Assembly: GCA_963741205.1 (NCBI GenBank)
Contig: CAVUHW010000034.1
Location: forward strand, 96,001 to 160,000
DNA: 64,000 nucleotides
Reading direction: 5' to 3'
Source: Nitrospirota bacterium
GTDB taxonomy: Bacteria > Nitrospirota > UBA9217
Shown: positions 52,874 through 64,000 of the stretch, piece after piece
How positions within the stretch are numbered: position 1 is the stretch's first letter
How the letters are laid out: every line of letters starts with the position of its first letter
Notes under the pieces: model-generated
Told to the model about the DNA's origin: nothing
Databases searched by the model: none
Seen by the model: the letters and a program-made list of their open reading frames with translations, nothing else
Program-made: the position numbers and the translations under genes

Positions 52874-54502
52874 ATGATGTTCAGAAGGCATCTTGCCTGG
52901 GTTTTGGTTTTACTGGCTGTAGCAGCGTTGCAGGCGTGCGGAAATAACTCGAGTTCATCGGAAAGCGGGACAACTTCTCAGACAGGCGTCGTAGCAATAA
53001 AACTTACGGACGCGCCGGGAGATTTCGATCATGTGTATATTACGGTGAAGGACATCTGGTTCCATACGAGCGACGCGGCCGATCCGCGTACGGGAGCCTG
53101 GCTCAAGTATCCGCTCACGCAACCCGTCATCGTTGATCTCCTGGCTCTCTCGAGCGGGAACATGCAGTCCCTCTGGAACAACATCCAGCTCCCGGCAGGC
53201 ACGTACCGGCAGATCAGACTGTTTTTGGAACCTACCAATCCGACCGCCGTCAACCCCGCCCCGACAGGCCACACGTATTTCAACGAGGTTGTCATCGGTT
53301 CAACGACCTCTCCCCTGTATATACCGGACGCCGACCACGGCATCATGCTGACCGGCGCGTTCGGCGTGACGGCCGGAGGCACGCTCAATCTTGCCATTGA
53401 CCTCGACGCCGGCCACGACATCGTGGAATTCCACGAAGGAACGGACTTCGTCTTAAAACCGAGGCTCAACTACTTCGACCTTGACCATGTGGGCGCCATT
53501 ATCGGCAAGCTCTCCACCGGCGGATCACTAACGGCCCCCCGTTTCGTGATCAAGGCCGAGCGTCTCTCCACGGAGAAGGAAATGGAAGACGCCGGCGCGG
53601 TGAGCCCTTTCCATGTGGTGAGACGCTGGACTGTTCCCAGGGCCGACGGTACGTTTATTCTCTATCCCGTATCGACGCTGGTCACCAGCACGTGGGATGT
53701 CGTGATCCGGGGCTTGAACACGGAGACCATGATCATTAAAGGGGTGCCGGTCACAAAAGGCACGACCACGGCGAACGGCACGGACCTCGCCGTCATCAGC
53801 ACGACTCCGACGAGTACCAATGACTACGCGGTCGACGGAACGATCCAGTCGCCCACGGGCGCATGGGTGCAGTTCTACCAAACCCTTCCGGGGGCCGGGG
53901 AGTACCCCTATGAGATCCGGTTCCGCCATTTCAATCCGCTCACGGGAGGTTTCAGGAACTTCCCATTGAACAACGATCAGATCCAGGTGGCGAATTTCGT
54001 GAGCAGCGGGGCAACACTTACGTTCACGCCGGAGACCCCTGCCGGCGGCGCCGGCAATTATGGCGCCGTGGCCGACGCAATTCTGTTCAAACACAGCGAC
54101 CCCATACCGGTCACTTCATCGACGACGACCGTCGCGTTCACAACGCCGCTTCAGGTGGTGTCTCCCTATAAGGGAAACAGCGTGACCGGCACGATCACCA
54201 TGAACAATCCGTTAAGGATGAACAATAAGATGGACAGGGGCCGGCTCTTCGCGGTGCACGGCGGAATGATCGTCAATGCCGTCGATGTCAGCAGTCAGAT
54301 GACGGGGACGACCACCAATGCATACAGCATCGATCTGCCCGGCGGCGATGCGGCAACACCGCTTCCCGGCGCCTTCTACGGGATCGATGCGGTCGGTTGG
54401 TCCTCGACGAGCCCCCTGTTCAAGGCGATAGCGATTCCTCAGATCGTGGATGTCCGCACAGGGAACGATATTGCCACGGTGGATATGCTGCCGCTCTGGT
54501 AG
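52874..54502 (+). CDS. DUF4382-type lipoprotein
   Basis: Lipobox LQAC; IKLTDAP.DFDHVYITV; VDLL.L; LPAGTY.QIRL; L.ID.DA..; LKPRL. Confidence 0.8.
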   Translation: MMFRRHLAWVLVLLAVAALQACGNNSSSSESGTTSQTGVVAIKLTDAPGDFDHVYITVKDIWFHTSDAADPRTGAWLKYPLTQPVIVDLLALSSGNMQSLWNNIQLPAGTYRQIRLFLEPTNPTAVNPAPTGHTYFNEVVIGSTTSPLYIPDADHGIMLTGAFGVTAGGTLNLAIDLDAGHDIVEFHEGTDFVLKPRLNYFDLDHVGAIIGKLSTGGSLTAPRFVIKAERLSTEKEMEDAGAVSPFHVVRRWTVPRADGTFILYPVSTLVTSTWDVVIRGLNTETMIIKGVPVTKGTTTANGTDLAVISTTPTSTNDYAVDGTIQSPTGAWVQFYQTLPGAGEYPYEIRFRHFNPLTGGFRNFPLNNDQIQVANFVSSGATLTFTPETPAGGAGNYGAVADAILFKHSDPIPVTSSTTTVAFTTPLQVVSPYKGNSVTGTITMNNPLRMNNKMDRGRLFAVHGGMIVNAVDVSSQMTGTTTNAYSIDLPGGDAATPLPGAFYGIDAVGWSSTSPLFKAIAIPQIVDVRTGNDIATVDMLPLW

Positions 54503-54521
54503 ACGGAGCTCGTTCTCCTCG

Positions 54522-54557
54522 AAAAGGCCTTCCCGCTCCCGGAAGGCCTTTTTCTTT
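54522..54557 (+). terminator. Rho-independent terminator (possibly bidirectional)
   Basis: aaaaggccttcc-cgctccc-ggaaggcctttt followed by T-rich tract. Confidence 0.8.
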
Positions 54558-54600
54558 ACGCGCGGACGACGGCGTCTTCATTCCTCGCAGGAAAAAAAGC

Positions 54601-54629
54601 TTGCAACCTCCCGGCAAAATCAGTAATAT
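54601..54629 (+). promoter_or_regulatory. Putative promoter of DUF502-glmU-glmS (leaderless spacing)
   Basis: TTGCAA-17-TAATAT, 7 nt before GTG 54637. Confidence 0.6.
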
Positions 54630-54636
54630 TACAAAC

Positions 54637-55266
54637 GTGAAAAAAATCAGGGTTTTTTTTAAAAAATATTTTATCACCGGCCTGCTCGTCCTCCTGCCGA
54701 TCTGGGCTACGTACTATGTTCTGACCGCGCTTCTAGGCGTGATCGACGGCATCCTGGCAGACCTTCCCGCGCAGTTTTTCGGACACCGGATTCCCGGCAT
54801 GGGCATCATCACCCTGATCCTCTTCGTAGTGTTCGTCGGCATGCTCTCCGCCAACTATCTCGGAAGCCGGATCGTCAAGACGAGCGACGAGCTGTTGCAG
54901 AGGGTCCCGCTCGTGCGCGGCGTTTACTTCACCGTCAAGCAGGTCATGGAGACCTTCTCCATGAAGCACCAGTTTCACGGCGTGGCCCTGGTCGAGTATC
55001 CGCGGAAGGGCTGTTACAGCGTCGGTTTCATGACCGGCGAGATGCAGGGAAGCACTGTCGGCATGTCCGGCAAGTTCGTGACGGTCTTCGTTCCTACTAC
55101 GCCGAATCCTACGGCGGGGTTCCTCCTCATTCTGCCCGAGGCGGAGGTGTCCAAGCTCGGTATATCGGTGGAAGAGGGGATGAAATTCATCATATCGCTG
55201 GGCCTGGTTCCCTTAAGCGAGTTCCAGGCGAACAAATTGAAACAAACGGCGCAGGAGGTGCGGTAA
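54637..55266 (+). CDS. DUF502 membrane protein
   Basis: YFITGLLVLLP, P.VR.VY..VKQ, VEYPR.G, FVPTTPNPT.GF, EE.MK.IIS.G. Confidence 0.9.
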   Translation: MKKIRVFFKKYFITGLLVLLPIWATYYVLTALLGVIDGILADLPAQFFGHRIPGMGIITLILFVVFVGMLSANYLGSRIVKTSDELLQRVPLVRGVYFTVKQVMETFSMKHQFHGVALVEYPRKGCYSVGFMTGEMQGSTVGMSGKFVTVFVPTTPNPTAGFLLILPEAEVSKLGISVEEGMKFIISLGLVPLSEFQANKLKQTAQEVR

Positions 55267-56656
55267 GTGAGACCGACGGTCGTTATTCTCGCGGCCGGTC
55301 TCGGCACGCGGATGAAATCCGGGATTGCCAAGGCCCTCCATCCGCTCGCGGGAATGCCGCTCATCCGTCACGTCCTGAACACCGTGGCGGACCTCGACCC
55401 TGAGAAGACCATCCTCGTTCTGGGGCACCAGGCTGACAAAGTGAGGAACGCGGTCGGCAATTACGGCGTCGAGATCGTGCTTCAGGCCGAACAGCTCGGT
55501 ACGGGACACGCTGTTCTGCAGGCGAGAGAGGCTTTCTCCGGCGCGTCCGGTCCGGTCATGATCCTGTGCGCCGATACGCCGCTTCTTACGGGCGAAACAC
55601 TCAGGGCGGTCATGGAACTCCACCGGAAGTCCCGCGCCGCGGTTACGCTCATCACCGCCCGAGCTTGCGAACCCCTTCGGGTACGGGAGGGTCGTGCGCG
55701 CCGGGGCCGGGGTATCGCGCGTGGTGGAAGAGAAAGACGCGACCGCCGCGCAGAAGAAAATCAAAGAGGTGAACGCGGGGATTTACTGTTTTGACCCGAA
55801 GTTTCTGCTTGCATCCCTTGACCTGCTCGGCAAAGACAATGCGCAAGGCGAGTACTACCTGCCCGACATGATCGAACTCGCAAAAAAGAAAAAACGGACC
55901 GTGGCCGCGCTGGTGTGCGGCGATCCGGAAGAGGTCATGGGCGTGAATTCACGCAACGACCTCTCACGGGCCGAAGCGGTCATACGCCGGCGGACCAACG
56001 GGCGCTGGATGGCCGAGGGTGTGACCATGTTTGACCCTGAAACCACCTTTGTGGGAACCGAGGTTTCGCTGGGTCGCGATGTTGTACTTTATCCCAACGT
56101 CCGGATCGAAGGAAAATCGAAGCTCGGCGACGCCTGCGTGATCTATCCCGGCTCGCGGATCATAGACAGCATAATCGCGGGCACCGTGACCGTGAAGGAC
56201 TGCTCGGTCATCGAGGAAAGCGACATTGCGGCCGGTGCGACGGTCGGGCCCTTCGCGCACCTGCGGCCGGGCTCGGTCATCGGCGAAAGGGCGAAGATCG
56301 GGAACTTTGTCGAGGTAAAGAAATCGGAGATCGGAGCGGGGAGCAAGGCCAACCACCTCTCCTATATCGGTGACGCAACGATCGGCAGGGACGTGAATAT
56401 CGGCGCCGGTGTCATTACCTGCAATTACGACGGATACGAAAAGCACCGCACCGTGATCGAGGACGGCGTGTTCGTGGGCAGCGATGCGCAGCTCGTTGCA
56501 CCCGTTACGATCGGCAAGGGCGCGCTTGTCGCCGCGGGCGCCACGATCACCCGCAATGTCCCGGCGGATGCCCTTGCCATCAGCCGCGTGCCGCAGGTAA
56601 TCCGCGAGGGGTTCGCGAGCCGCCGGAGAAGATTGAAGCAGAAAAGCAAAAAATAA
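55267..56656 (+). CDS. glmU: Bifunctional GlmU, split by an indel near 55660
   Basis: ILAAGLGTRMKS, QLGTGHA, EYYL.D, GPFAHLRP, GNFVEVK, HLSYIGD, NYDG. Confidence 0.96.
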
Positions 56657-56776
56657 TTGGAACAATTGTACAAATTGCGAAAATTAGGCATCAATGTGCA
56701 GCGAACATTGAAGGAAGTTGGAATTGCCATTTCCAATTTGAAATAGTTGCAAATTTACAATTTCCAATTTGAAATG
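56657..56776. repeat. AT-rich heptamer element (AAATTG/CAATTT units)
   Basis: caaattgcgaaaattagg ... atttccaatttgaaat ... tttacaatttccaatttgaaat. Confidence 0.55.
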
Positions 56777-56790
56777 GAGCGTAGCGACTT

Positions 56791-58620
<1,830 letters not shown>

Positions 58621-58628
58621 CAATTTAC

Positions 58629-58927
58629 GTTCTTCAGGGAATAAAGAGATAGCAAAAGCCACGCTTTAACGAAAGAATGGTTGACGAAGCTTCCTTATCT
58701 CGATATGAACAAAGAAATTCATCTTGCTGCGGCATCACTGTACCGCTCACAACGGGCAAAGGGAATAACAGTACATCCGCATACACCTCGATAGCAGCAC
58801 TTGCGACCCTCAATAACATTCCGCTTTATACTAAAGACGATCACTTCCACATTATCGCAAAACATACTAAACTCGATCTCTATTCAAAAAACATCAATTA
58901 AATCGACAAGCATTTACAGGCATGATC
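58629..58927 (+). pseudogene. Duplicated 3' fragment of vapC (direct repeat of 59529-59827)
   Basis: About 299 bp with about 16 substitutions and 2 indels by manual alignment; exact 900-bp offset. Confidence 0.9.
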
Positions 58928-59116
58928 AAAGACTTGAAGAAGTCCATAGCGCATTCCACCCTTGCTAGGGCGAAGGATCGGGAGTGAAAAGGGACTGTTG
59001 AATTTGTTCCGGAAAATGAGCCAAATTGATTGCCCTTCAGTATTTAGTGTTGTATTCTCTGTCGATTCTTCGTTGTAGTAGAACATTCCCTCGATATACT
59101 CTCGGACTGCTTCAAG

Positions 59117-59161
59117 TGATATCAAAATACTATTGAAATGATATCATCTTTATGATAAAGT
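59117..59161 (+). promoter_or_regulatory. vapBC promoter with two palindromic operators
   Basis: TTGAAA(59133)-17-TAAAGT; TGATATCA at 59117 and 59139. Confidence 0.6.
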
Positions 59162-59203
59162 AATAATCTGGTTAATGGGCTATAGATGACAAGGAGGCTG
59201 ATT

Positions 59204-59413
59204 ATGTCACGTACAGTAATAGACATTCAAGATGATCTTCTGCGAAAAGCGCAGAAGATGACGGGTATTAGCAAGAAAGTGGATATCGTCAACTATGCTC
59301 TTAAGCGACTTCTCGAACAAAAGGAGTTTGAACAGGTTCTGGAGTTGAGGGGGAAGGTGAAATGGGAAGGCAACCTTGATGAGATGAGAAAGGACCGTCG
59401 TGGTTCTCATTGA
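59204..59413 (+). CDS. vapB: VapB antitoxin (RHH)
   Basis: RT.IDI.DDLL..A....G...K...VN.AL; L.GKV.WEGNLD.MR. Confidence 0.9.
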   Translation: MSRTVIDIQDDLLRKAQKMTGISKKVDIVNYALKRLLEQKEFEQVLELRGKVKWEGNLDEMRKDRRGSH

Positions 59414-59801
59414 CACTTCCATATGGATTGATTTTTTCCAGAATCCGGTATCACCGCAAGCCGCAGAGCTAGAAGACCTCATCAGGGAGCATAATCGGGC
59501 TGTTCTCTGCGGTATTATTCTCCAAGAGGTTCTCCAGGGAATAAGAGATAACAAAAGCCACGCTGTAACGAAAGAACGGTTGACGAAGCTTCCTTATCTC
59601 GATATGAGCAAAGAAATTCATCTTGCTGCGGCATCACTGTACCGCTCACTGCGGGCAAAGGGAATAACAGTACCATCCGCATACACCTCGATAGCAGCAC
59701 TTGCGATTCTCAATAATATTCCGCTTTATACTAAAGACGATCATTTCCACATTATCGCAAAACATACTAAACTCGATCTTTATTCAAAAAACATCAATTA
59801 A
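59400..59801 (+). CDS. vapC: VapC PIN-domain toxin
   Basis: LIDTS.WID, QEVLQG, AA.LY..LR.KG.T, L.T.D.HF; overlaps vapB. Confidence 0.9.
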   Translation: MVLIDTSIWIDFFQNPVSPQAAELEDLIREHNRAVLCGIILQEVLQGIRDNKSHAVTKERLTKLPYLDMSKEIHLAAASLYRSLRAKGITVPSAYTSIAALAILNNIPLYTKDDHFHIIAKHTKLDLYSKNIN

Positions 59802-59953
59802 ATCGACTAACACTTACAGGTATGATCTTTGAACAAAGTGTTGAAAAACGAGAGGCGGGATAGGAGTATATTCCTCTCGCAAAATCTGAGGGTCAGGTCC
59901 ATACACATCGCCCACTTGACGATATTCGCACGGCTGTCGGTATGCAAGTGCAC

Positions 59954-60418
59954 TTATTCCAGAGGTTTGGAAAACACGTAATCGGAGTCTTTGGCCGCCA
60001 TGTGGCAGGCGAAACAGGCGGTCTTTTCGTCCTTCTTTATGAACCTCCCGTCAGGGGAGAAGACAGCAAATATCCAGCCGCCTGTTTCTTTCGCAGACAG
60101 GTCCTTCCTCATATAGGAATAGCGCAGCATCTTCCCCTCGGTCATGCCGACTATAGGAGATGTCACGACCTCGTACACCTTGCCCACGATGATCGTGCCC
60201 TCGGGGTAGGGGGCCCCCGTCTTGAACGCCGCCAGCCCTTTTTTGTTCATATAGTAATGGAAAAACCCGAAGAGCGGGCTGTTCTTATCGGGGATGACGA
60301 GGGAACCGGTGTATGCATACGAATCCAAGTCCCTGGGCAGCGCTTCCTCGCCGGCCCACACGGTGATCGCCGACGCCAAAATAGACAATACTATGACAAC
60401 ACTTGCCATCTTTTTCAT
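59954..60418 (-). CDS. Cytochrome P460/c'-beta family protein
   Basis: Signal peptide; FH.YY.N..G, YPEGT, M.K....TGGW.F, CFACH, DYVF. Confidence 0.82.
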   Translation of the reverse strand: MKKMASVVIVLSILASAITVWAGEEALPRDLDSYAYTGSLVIPDKNSPLFGFFHYYMNKKGLAAFKTGAPYPEGTIIVGKVYEVVTSPIVGMTEGKMLRYSYMRKDLSAKETGGWIFAVFSPDGRFIKKDEKTACFACHMAAKDSDYVFSKPLE

Positions 60419-60666
60419 GCTGTTCCTCCCGGTCGTGATGATGTTTATTAAGAGTTTACCCTATAAAATTGGAAAAGCAACCTTGGACTGTGGTGTGTAG
60501 GAACATCTGAGGGGCCAGGTCCGTACTGTTGGACTGGTATTTAAAACCGGCGTAAGACCATCGAATGCTTGAATATGAATTGCCCGCCTCTATAGTGCAG
60601 GCTAAAGACTGGGGCTACGCTCGCGGAGACCTCCTGCCTGAAGCATGACATCCTCCAAAACTAATC

Positions 60667-60695
60667 TTGCAATTTACGTGGTTGTTCTGTAAAAT
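60667..60695 (+). promoter_or_regulatory. Putative pcrA promoter
   Basis: TTGCAA-17-TAAAAT. Confidence 0.6.
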
Positions 60696-60726
60696 ACGCA
60701 ATCTGCAAGGGCTATTTTGATATTCC

Positions 60727-62973
60727 ATGGACTATTTTGAACAATTAAATCCCCCCCAGCGCGAAGCCGTGCTGTACGGCGACGGTCCGCTTTTGATCCT
60801 TGCGGGCGCGGGCAGCGGGAAGACCCGCGTGATCACCTGCAGGATCGCGCACCTGATACGCGAGCGGGGGGTCGACCCCGGCAACGTTCTGGCGGTGACC
60901 TTTACGAACAAGGCCGCGAATGAAATGAGGGAGCGGCTCGAGCGGATGCTCGATATGTCCCTCGGACGCGGCATCGGGTACGGCGGGCTCTGGATCAGTA
61001 CGTTCCACTCGGCCTGCGTCAGGATACTCAGGCAGCATATCGACAAGCTCGGATACAAGCGCTCGTTCGTGATCTACGACGAGACGGACCGCTCGTCGCT
61101 TGTGAAGGCCTGCGTTGCGGACCTGCGGATCGACGCCGAACGGTACCAGCCCCGGGCGATTGCGGCGAAAATCAGCGCGCTCAAGAACAACCTGACCGGC
61201 GCCGAAGAGTTCGTGAAAACGAGCTCCCCCTTCGGTTTCGATGAGGCGGTCGGCCGCGTCTATTCCCTGTACGAGGAGAAGCTCAGGGAATCGGACGGGC
61301 TCGATTTCGACGATCTGCTGATGCTCACGGTGCGGCTCTTCGAGCGGCATCAGGACGTGCTCGCGTATTATCAGGGCATGTTCCACCACATTTTGATCGA
61401 CGAGTATCAGGATACGAACCGCGCCCAGTACCGGCTCGTGCGGCTTCTTACGATGAAGAGGCAGAACCTCTGCGTCGTGGGAGACGACGACCAGAGCATC
61501 TACAAATTCCGCGGGGCGGACATCTCGAACATCCTGAACTTTGAAAAGGACTATCCCGCGGCCAAAGTCATCAAGCTTGAGCAGAACTACCGTTCGACGC
61601 AAAACATCCTGGGTGCCGCGGGGGCGGTGGTCGCGCGAAACCTCGGAAGAAAACCCAAGGAACTCTGGACCGAAAGACGCGGCGGCGACAAGATCGCGTG
61701 CTACAAGGCCGTTGATGAGAAAGATGAGGCGCGCTACATCTCCCGGTGCATCCAGAAGGAAGTGGACGAGGGCAGGAGCCTCAGGCAGATCGCGGTGCTC
61801 TATCGCACCAACGCACAGTCCCGCGCGCTGGAAGACGCGCTCCGGAACTGGGGAACGCCGTACCGCATCTTCGGAGGCCTGCGGTTCTATGACCGCAAGG
61901 AGATCAAGGACGTCATCGCGTATCTCCGGGTGCTGCAGAACCCTTCGGATATCGTGAGCCTGCGCAGGATCATCAACGTGCCGGCGCGCGGCATCGGCGA
62001 CACGACAATCGACAAACTGGAGACGGCAGCGGCCCGGGCCGGCGCCGGACTCTATCAGATCGCGATGAATCCGGAGAATGCCGACATCGCGACCGGCGCC
62101 AGAAAAAAACTCCGGGACTTCACGGGCATGATGGAGCGGCTGCGGGCCGATCTCGGGAAAACCGAAATCACCGAGCTGGTCCGCCGCGTGATCCATGAAT
62201 CAGGATACGGACAAGCGCTTGAGCAGGAAAAGAACGTGGAAGCCCGGATCCGGCTCGAAAATCTGAACGAGCTTCTGACCGCAACCGAGGATTTTCAGGA
62301 ACAGAACCGGGACGCATCGCTGGCCGCGTTTTTGGACCAGGTTGCGCTCATTACGGACTCGGAGCAGCAGATCTCGGCTGAAGGCAGGAGGGGCAGCTCC
62401 GACACGGTTACGTTAATGACGCTTCATAACGCCAAGGGGCTCGAGTTCTCGGTGGTCTTCATGGCCGGTATGGAGGAAGGCCTCTTCCCGCATTCCCGGT
62501 CCGCGGAGAGCGAGGAAGAACTCGAAGAGGAGCGCAGGCTCTGCTACGTGGGCATTACGCGGGCCAAGGAACGGCTCGTCATCACCCACGCGGCTGAACG
62601 CCGGCTTTATGGATACCCCCAGGCGAACCTTGTCTCCCGGTTCGTGCAGGAGATCCCGGATGAGGCGATGGAGCACGTCGGGGCGGATCGAGCGACGGCG
62701 TATTCCTTTCAGGACCGGGCAACCTGGGAAAGGACGACATTCGGCGCGGACCGGAAAGGGATACCGGAACTTCACAGCGCAGCCCCTCAGACGGCGAAGT
62801 CCGGTCCCGCTGACCGGTACTATAAGGGCGCCGTGGTGCGCCATGCGAAGTTCGGACTCGGCACCGTGCAGCGTTCCGAAGGGTCGGGTGATGACCGCAA
62901 ACTCAGCGTAAGTTTTCCGGGTCACGGCGTCAAGACGCTCGCGGTGAAGTATGCAAACCTGGAAGTGATTTAA
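60727..62973 (+). CDS. pcrA: PcrA/UvrD DNA helicase
   Basis: AGAGSGKT, TFTNKAA, DEYQDTN, VGDDDQSIY, EQNYRS, H.AKGLEF, EERRL.YV.ITRA, C-terminal Tudor. Confidence 0.96.
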   Translation: MDYFEQLNPPQREAVLYGDGPLLILAGAGSGKTRVITCRIAHLIRERGVDPGNVLAVTFTNKAANEMRERLERMLDMSLGRGIGYGGLWISTFHSACVRILRQHIDKLGYKRSFVIYDETDRSSLVKACVADLRIDAERYQPRAIAAKISALKNNLTGAEEFVKTSSPFGFDEAVGRVYSLYEEKLRESDGLDFDDLLMLTVRLFERHQDVLAYYQGMFHHILIDEYQDTNRAQYRLVRLLTMKRQNLCVVGDDDQSIYKFRGADISNILNFEKDYPAAKVIKLEQNYRSTQNILGAAGAVVARNLGRKPKELWTERRGGDKIACYKAVDEKDEARYISRCIQKEVDEGRSLRQIAVLYRTNAQSRALEDALRNWGTPYRIFGGLRFYDRKEIKDVIAYLRVLQNPSDIVSLRRIINVPARGIGDTTIDKLETAAARAGAGLYQIAMNPENADIATGARKKLRDFTGMMERLRADLGKTEITELVRRVIHESGYGQALEQEKNVEARIRLENLNELLTATEDFQEQNRDASLAAFLDQVALITDSEQQISAEGRRGSSDTVTLMTLHNAKGLEFSVVFMAGMEEGLFPHSRSAESEEELEEERRLCYVGITRAKERLVITHAAERRLYGYPQANLVSRFVQEIPDEAMEHVGADRATAYSFQDRATWERTTFGADRKGIPELHSAAPQTAKSGPADRYYKGAVVRHAKFGLGTVQRSEGSGDDRKLSVSFPGHGVKTLAVKYANLEVI

Positions 62974-63009
62974 AGCCAGGAATCAGTAATCAGGAAACGA
63001 GAATAACGA

Positions 63010-63297
63010 ATGAAAATCACGAGACAGGAAGTAGAACATGTTGCGAAGCTCGCCAGGCTGGAACTGTCGGACCAGGAAAAGGAAAAGCTGACCGATCAGC
63101 TCTCGAACATCCTCACCTATGTTGAAAAGCTGAACGAGCTCGACACCAAAGGAGTGGAACCCACCGCCCACGTGCTGGACATCAACAACGTCATGCGGAG
63201 CGACGTGCCGGAGGAGAGCCTGACGCAGGAACGCGCCCTGGCCAATGCCCCGGAAAAGGCCGCGGGTCATTACAAAGTGCCGAAGATCATAGAATAA
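63010..63297 (+). CDS. gatC: Asp/Glu-tRNA amidotransferase subunit C
   Basis: HVAKLARL, L..LDT.GVEPT.H, NAP....YKVPKI. Confidence 0.96.
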   Translation: MKITRQEVEHVAKLARLELSDQEKEKLTDQLSNILTYVEKLNELDTKGVEPTAHVLDINNVMRSDVPEESLTQERALANAPEKAAGHYKVPKIIE

Positions 63298-63312
63298 GGC
63301 AGATATGGACCG

Positions 63313-63400
63313 GCCGATTCCGGCATGATCGGCGTGAATCCAGGAAGTATAATCTCAACCGATCATGAACCTGGATCCCGATAGCAGCATCGGAATGACG
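63313..63400. repeat. Degenerate REP-like element
   Basis: attccgg..gaatccagg ... cctggatcccga..tcggaatgacg. Confidence 0.6.
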
Positions 63401-63432
63401 AAACAGTTCCAGCATCCAAAAAAGGATAATTC

Positions 63433-63786
63433 ATGTTTAGACTGATGCTGCGATCGAAAATACACCGCGCGACCGTGACGGACGCGAACCTCGAGTACGA
63501 GGGAAGCCTGACCGTCGATCCCGTGCTCCTTGAGGCGGCGAGCATTCTGCCCTATGAGCAGGTTCATGTGTCGAACCTGAACAACGGAGAGCGGTTCGAG
63601 ACCTACGTCATTCCCGGCAAACGCGGTTCGGGCGAAATGGTGCTGAACGGTCCCACCGCACGGCGGGGCGTCAAGTCGGACAAGATCATCGTTTTCTGCT
63701 ACGAATATTTCAATGAAGAAGAGCTCAAGACCTTTAAGCCCAAGATAGTTCTCGTGGATGAAAACAACCGGGTGAAGGAGAAATAA
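63433..63786 (+). CDS. panD: Aspartate 1-decarboxylase
   Basis: [27 protein letters not shown]. Confidence 0.96.
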   Translation: MFRLMLRSKIHRATVTDANLEYEGSLTVDPVLLEAASILPYEQVHVSNLNNGERFETYVIPGKRGSGEMVLNGPTARRGVKSDKIIVFCYEYFNEEELKTFKPKIVLVDENNRVKEK

Positions 63787-64000
63787 TGGAGTTCTCTCAG
63801 TTGACGATTCATGAACTGCATGACATGCTGAAAAAGGGCGAGACCACGTCGGAAGCCGTAACCGAGTCGGTCCTCGGCAGAATCAGGGCCGTGGACGGGA
63901 AGGTCAAGGCGTATATCACCGTGACGGAGGACATCGCCCGGGCGCAGGCGAAAGAAGCTGACAGGCGGATCAGGGCCGGAGATACATCGTCGCCGCTTCT
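63786..64000 (+). CDS. gatA: Amidotransferase subunit A, partial (runs off window)
   Basis: [41 protein letters not shown]; translationally coupled (TAATG). Confidence 0.88.
   Translation, partial: MEFSQLTIHELHDMLKKGETTSEAVTESVLGRIRAVDGKVKAYITVTEDIARAQAKEADRRIRAGDTSSPL

Noticed and set aside
56657-56790. glmS ribozyme
   Set aside because: The gap is an AT-rich heptamer element with no recognisable ribozyme core.
58621-58700. Tn7 element at attTn7
   Set aside because: No TGT-terminated end with TnsB repeats, no 5-bp duplication and no tns genes.
58898-59125. Minus-strand ORF starting ISLEAVREYIE as an IS200 tnpA remnant
   Set aside because: Only about 11 residues resemble the TnpA C-terminal helix, and there is no HUH motif.
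58629-59827. DGR template/variable repeat pair
   Set aside because: Mismatches are mostly C/T transitions rather than adenine-specific, indels are present and there is no reverse transcriptase.

Overview
GC-rich (about 58%) bacterial chromosome segment, probably Nitrospirota or a Desulfobacterota-like anaerobe (inferred from gene content and order such as lysC-cimA, mutL-miaA-hfq, gatC-panD-gatA). Housekeeping blocks (about 1-20 kb and 54.6-64 kb) flank copA, gcvT, mtnA, a full L-Ara4N (arn) lipid A operon and an accessory region (35-54.5 kb). That region holds an octaheme cytochrome, a ~21-heme lipoprotein cytochrome, DUF4382-type lipoproteins, a cupredoxin and a PilMNOP/secretin/pseudopilin (T2SS-like) cluster. 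Many genes carry single-base indels, most likely long-read errors. The best finding is an IS110-family element (50902-52693) inserted into a tnpB remnant. Its 3' non-coding end reads as a complete bridge RNA: a 5' hairpin, a target-binding loop matching the actual insertion site and a donor-binding loop matching the element's own circle junction. It also has a downstream segment complementary to the donor loop, which I cannot place in the known architecture. Other points: probable RomX and RomY polarity homologs, about 20 miniature intergenic repeat elements of three kinds (one nested), a duplicated vapC with a substituted catalytic Asp right after glmS, and several apparently leaderless genes. 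All family calls are from motif recognition only; no searches were run.
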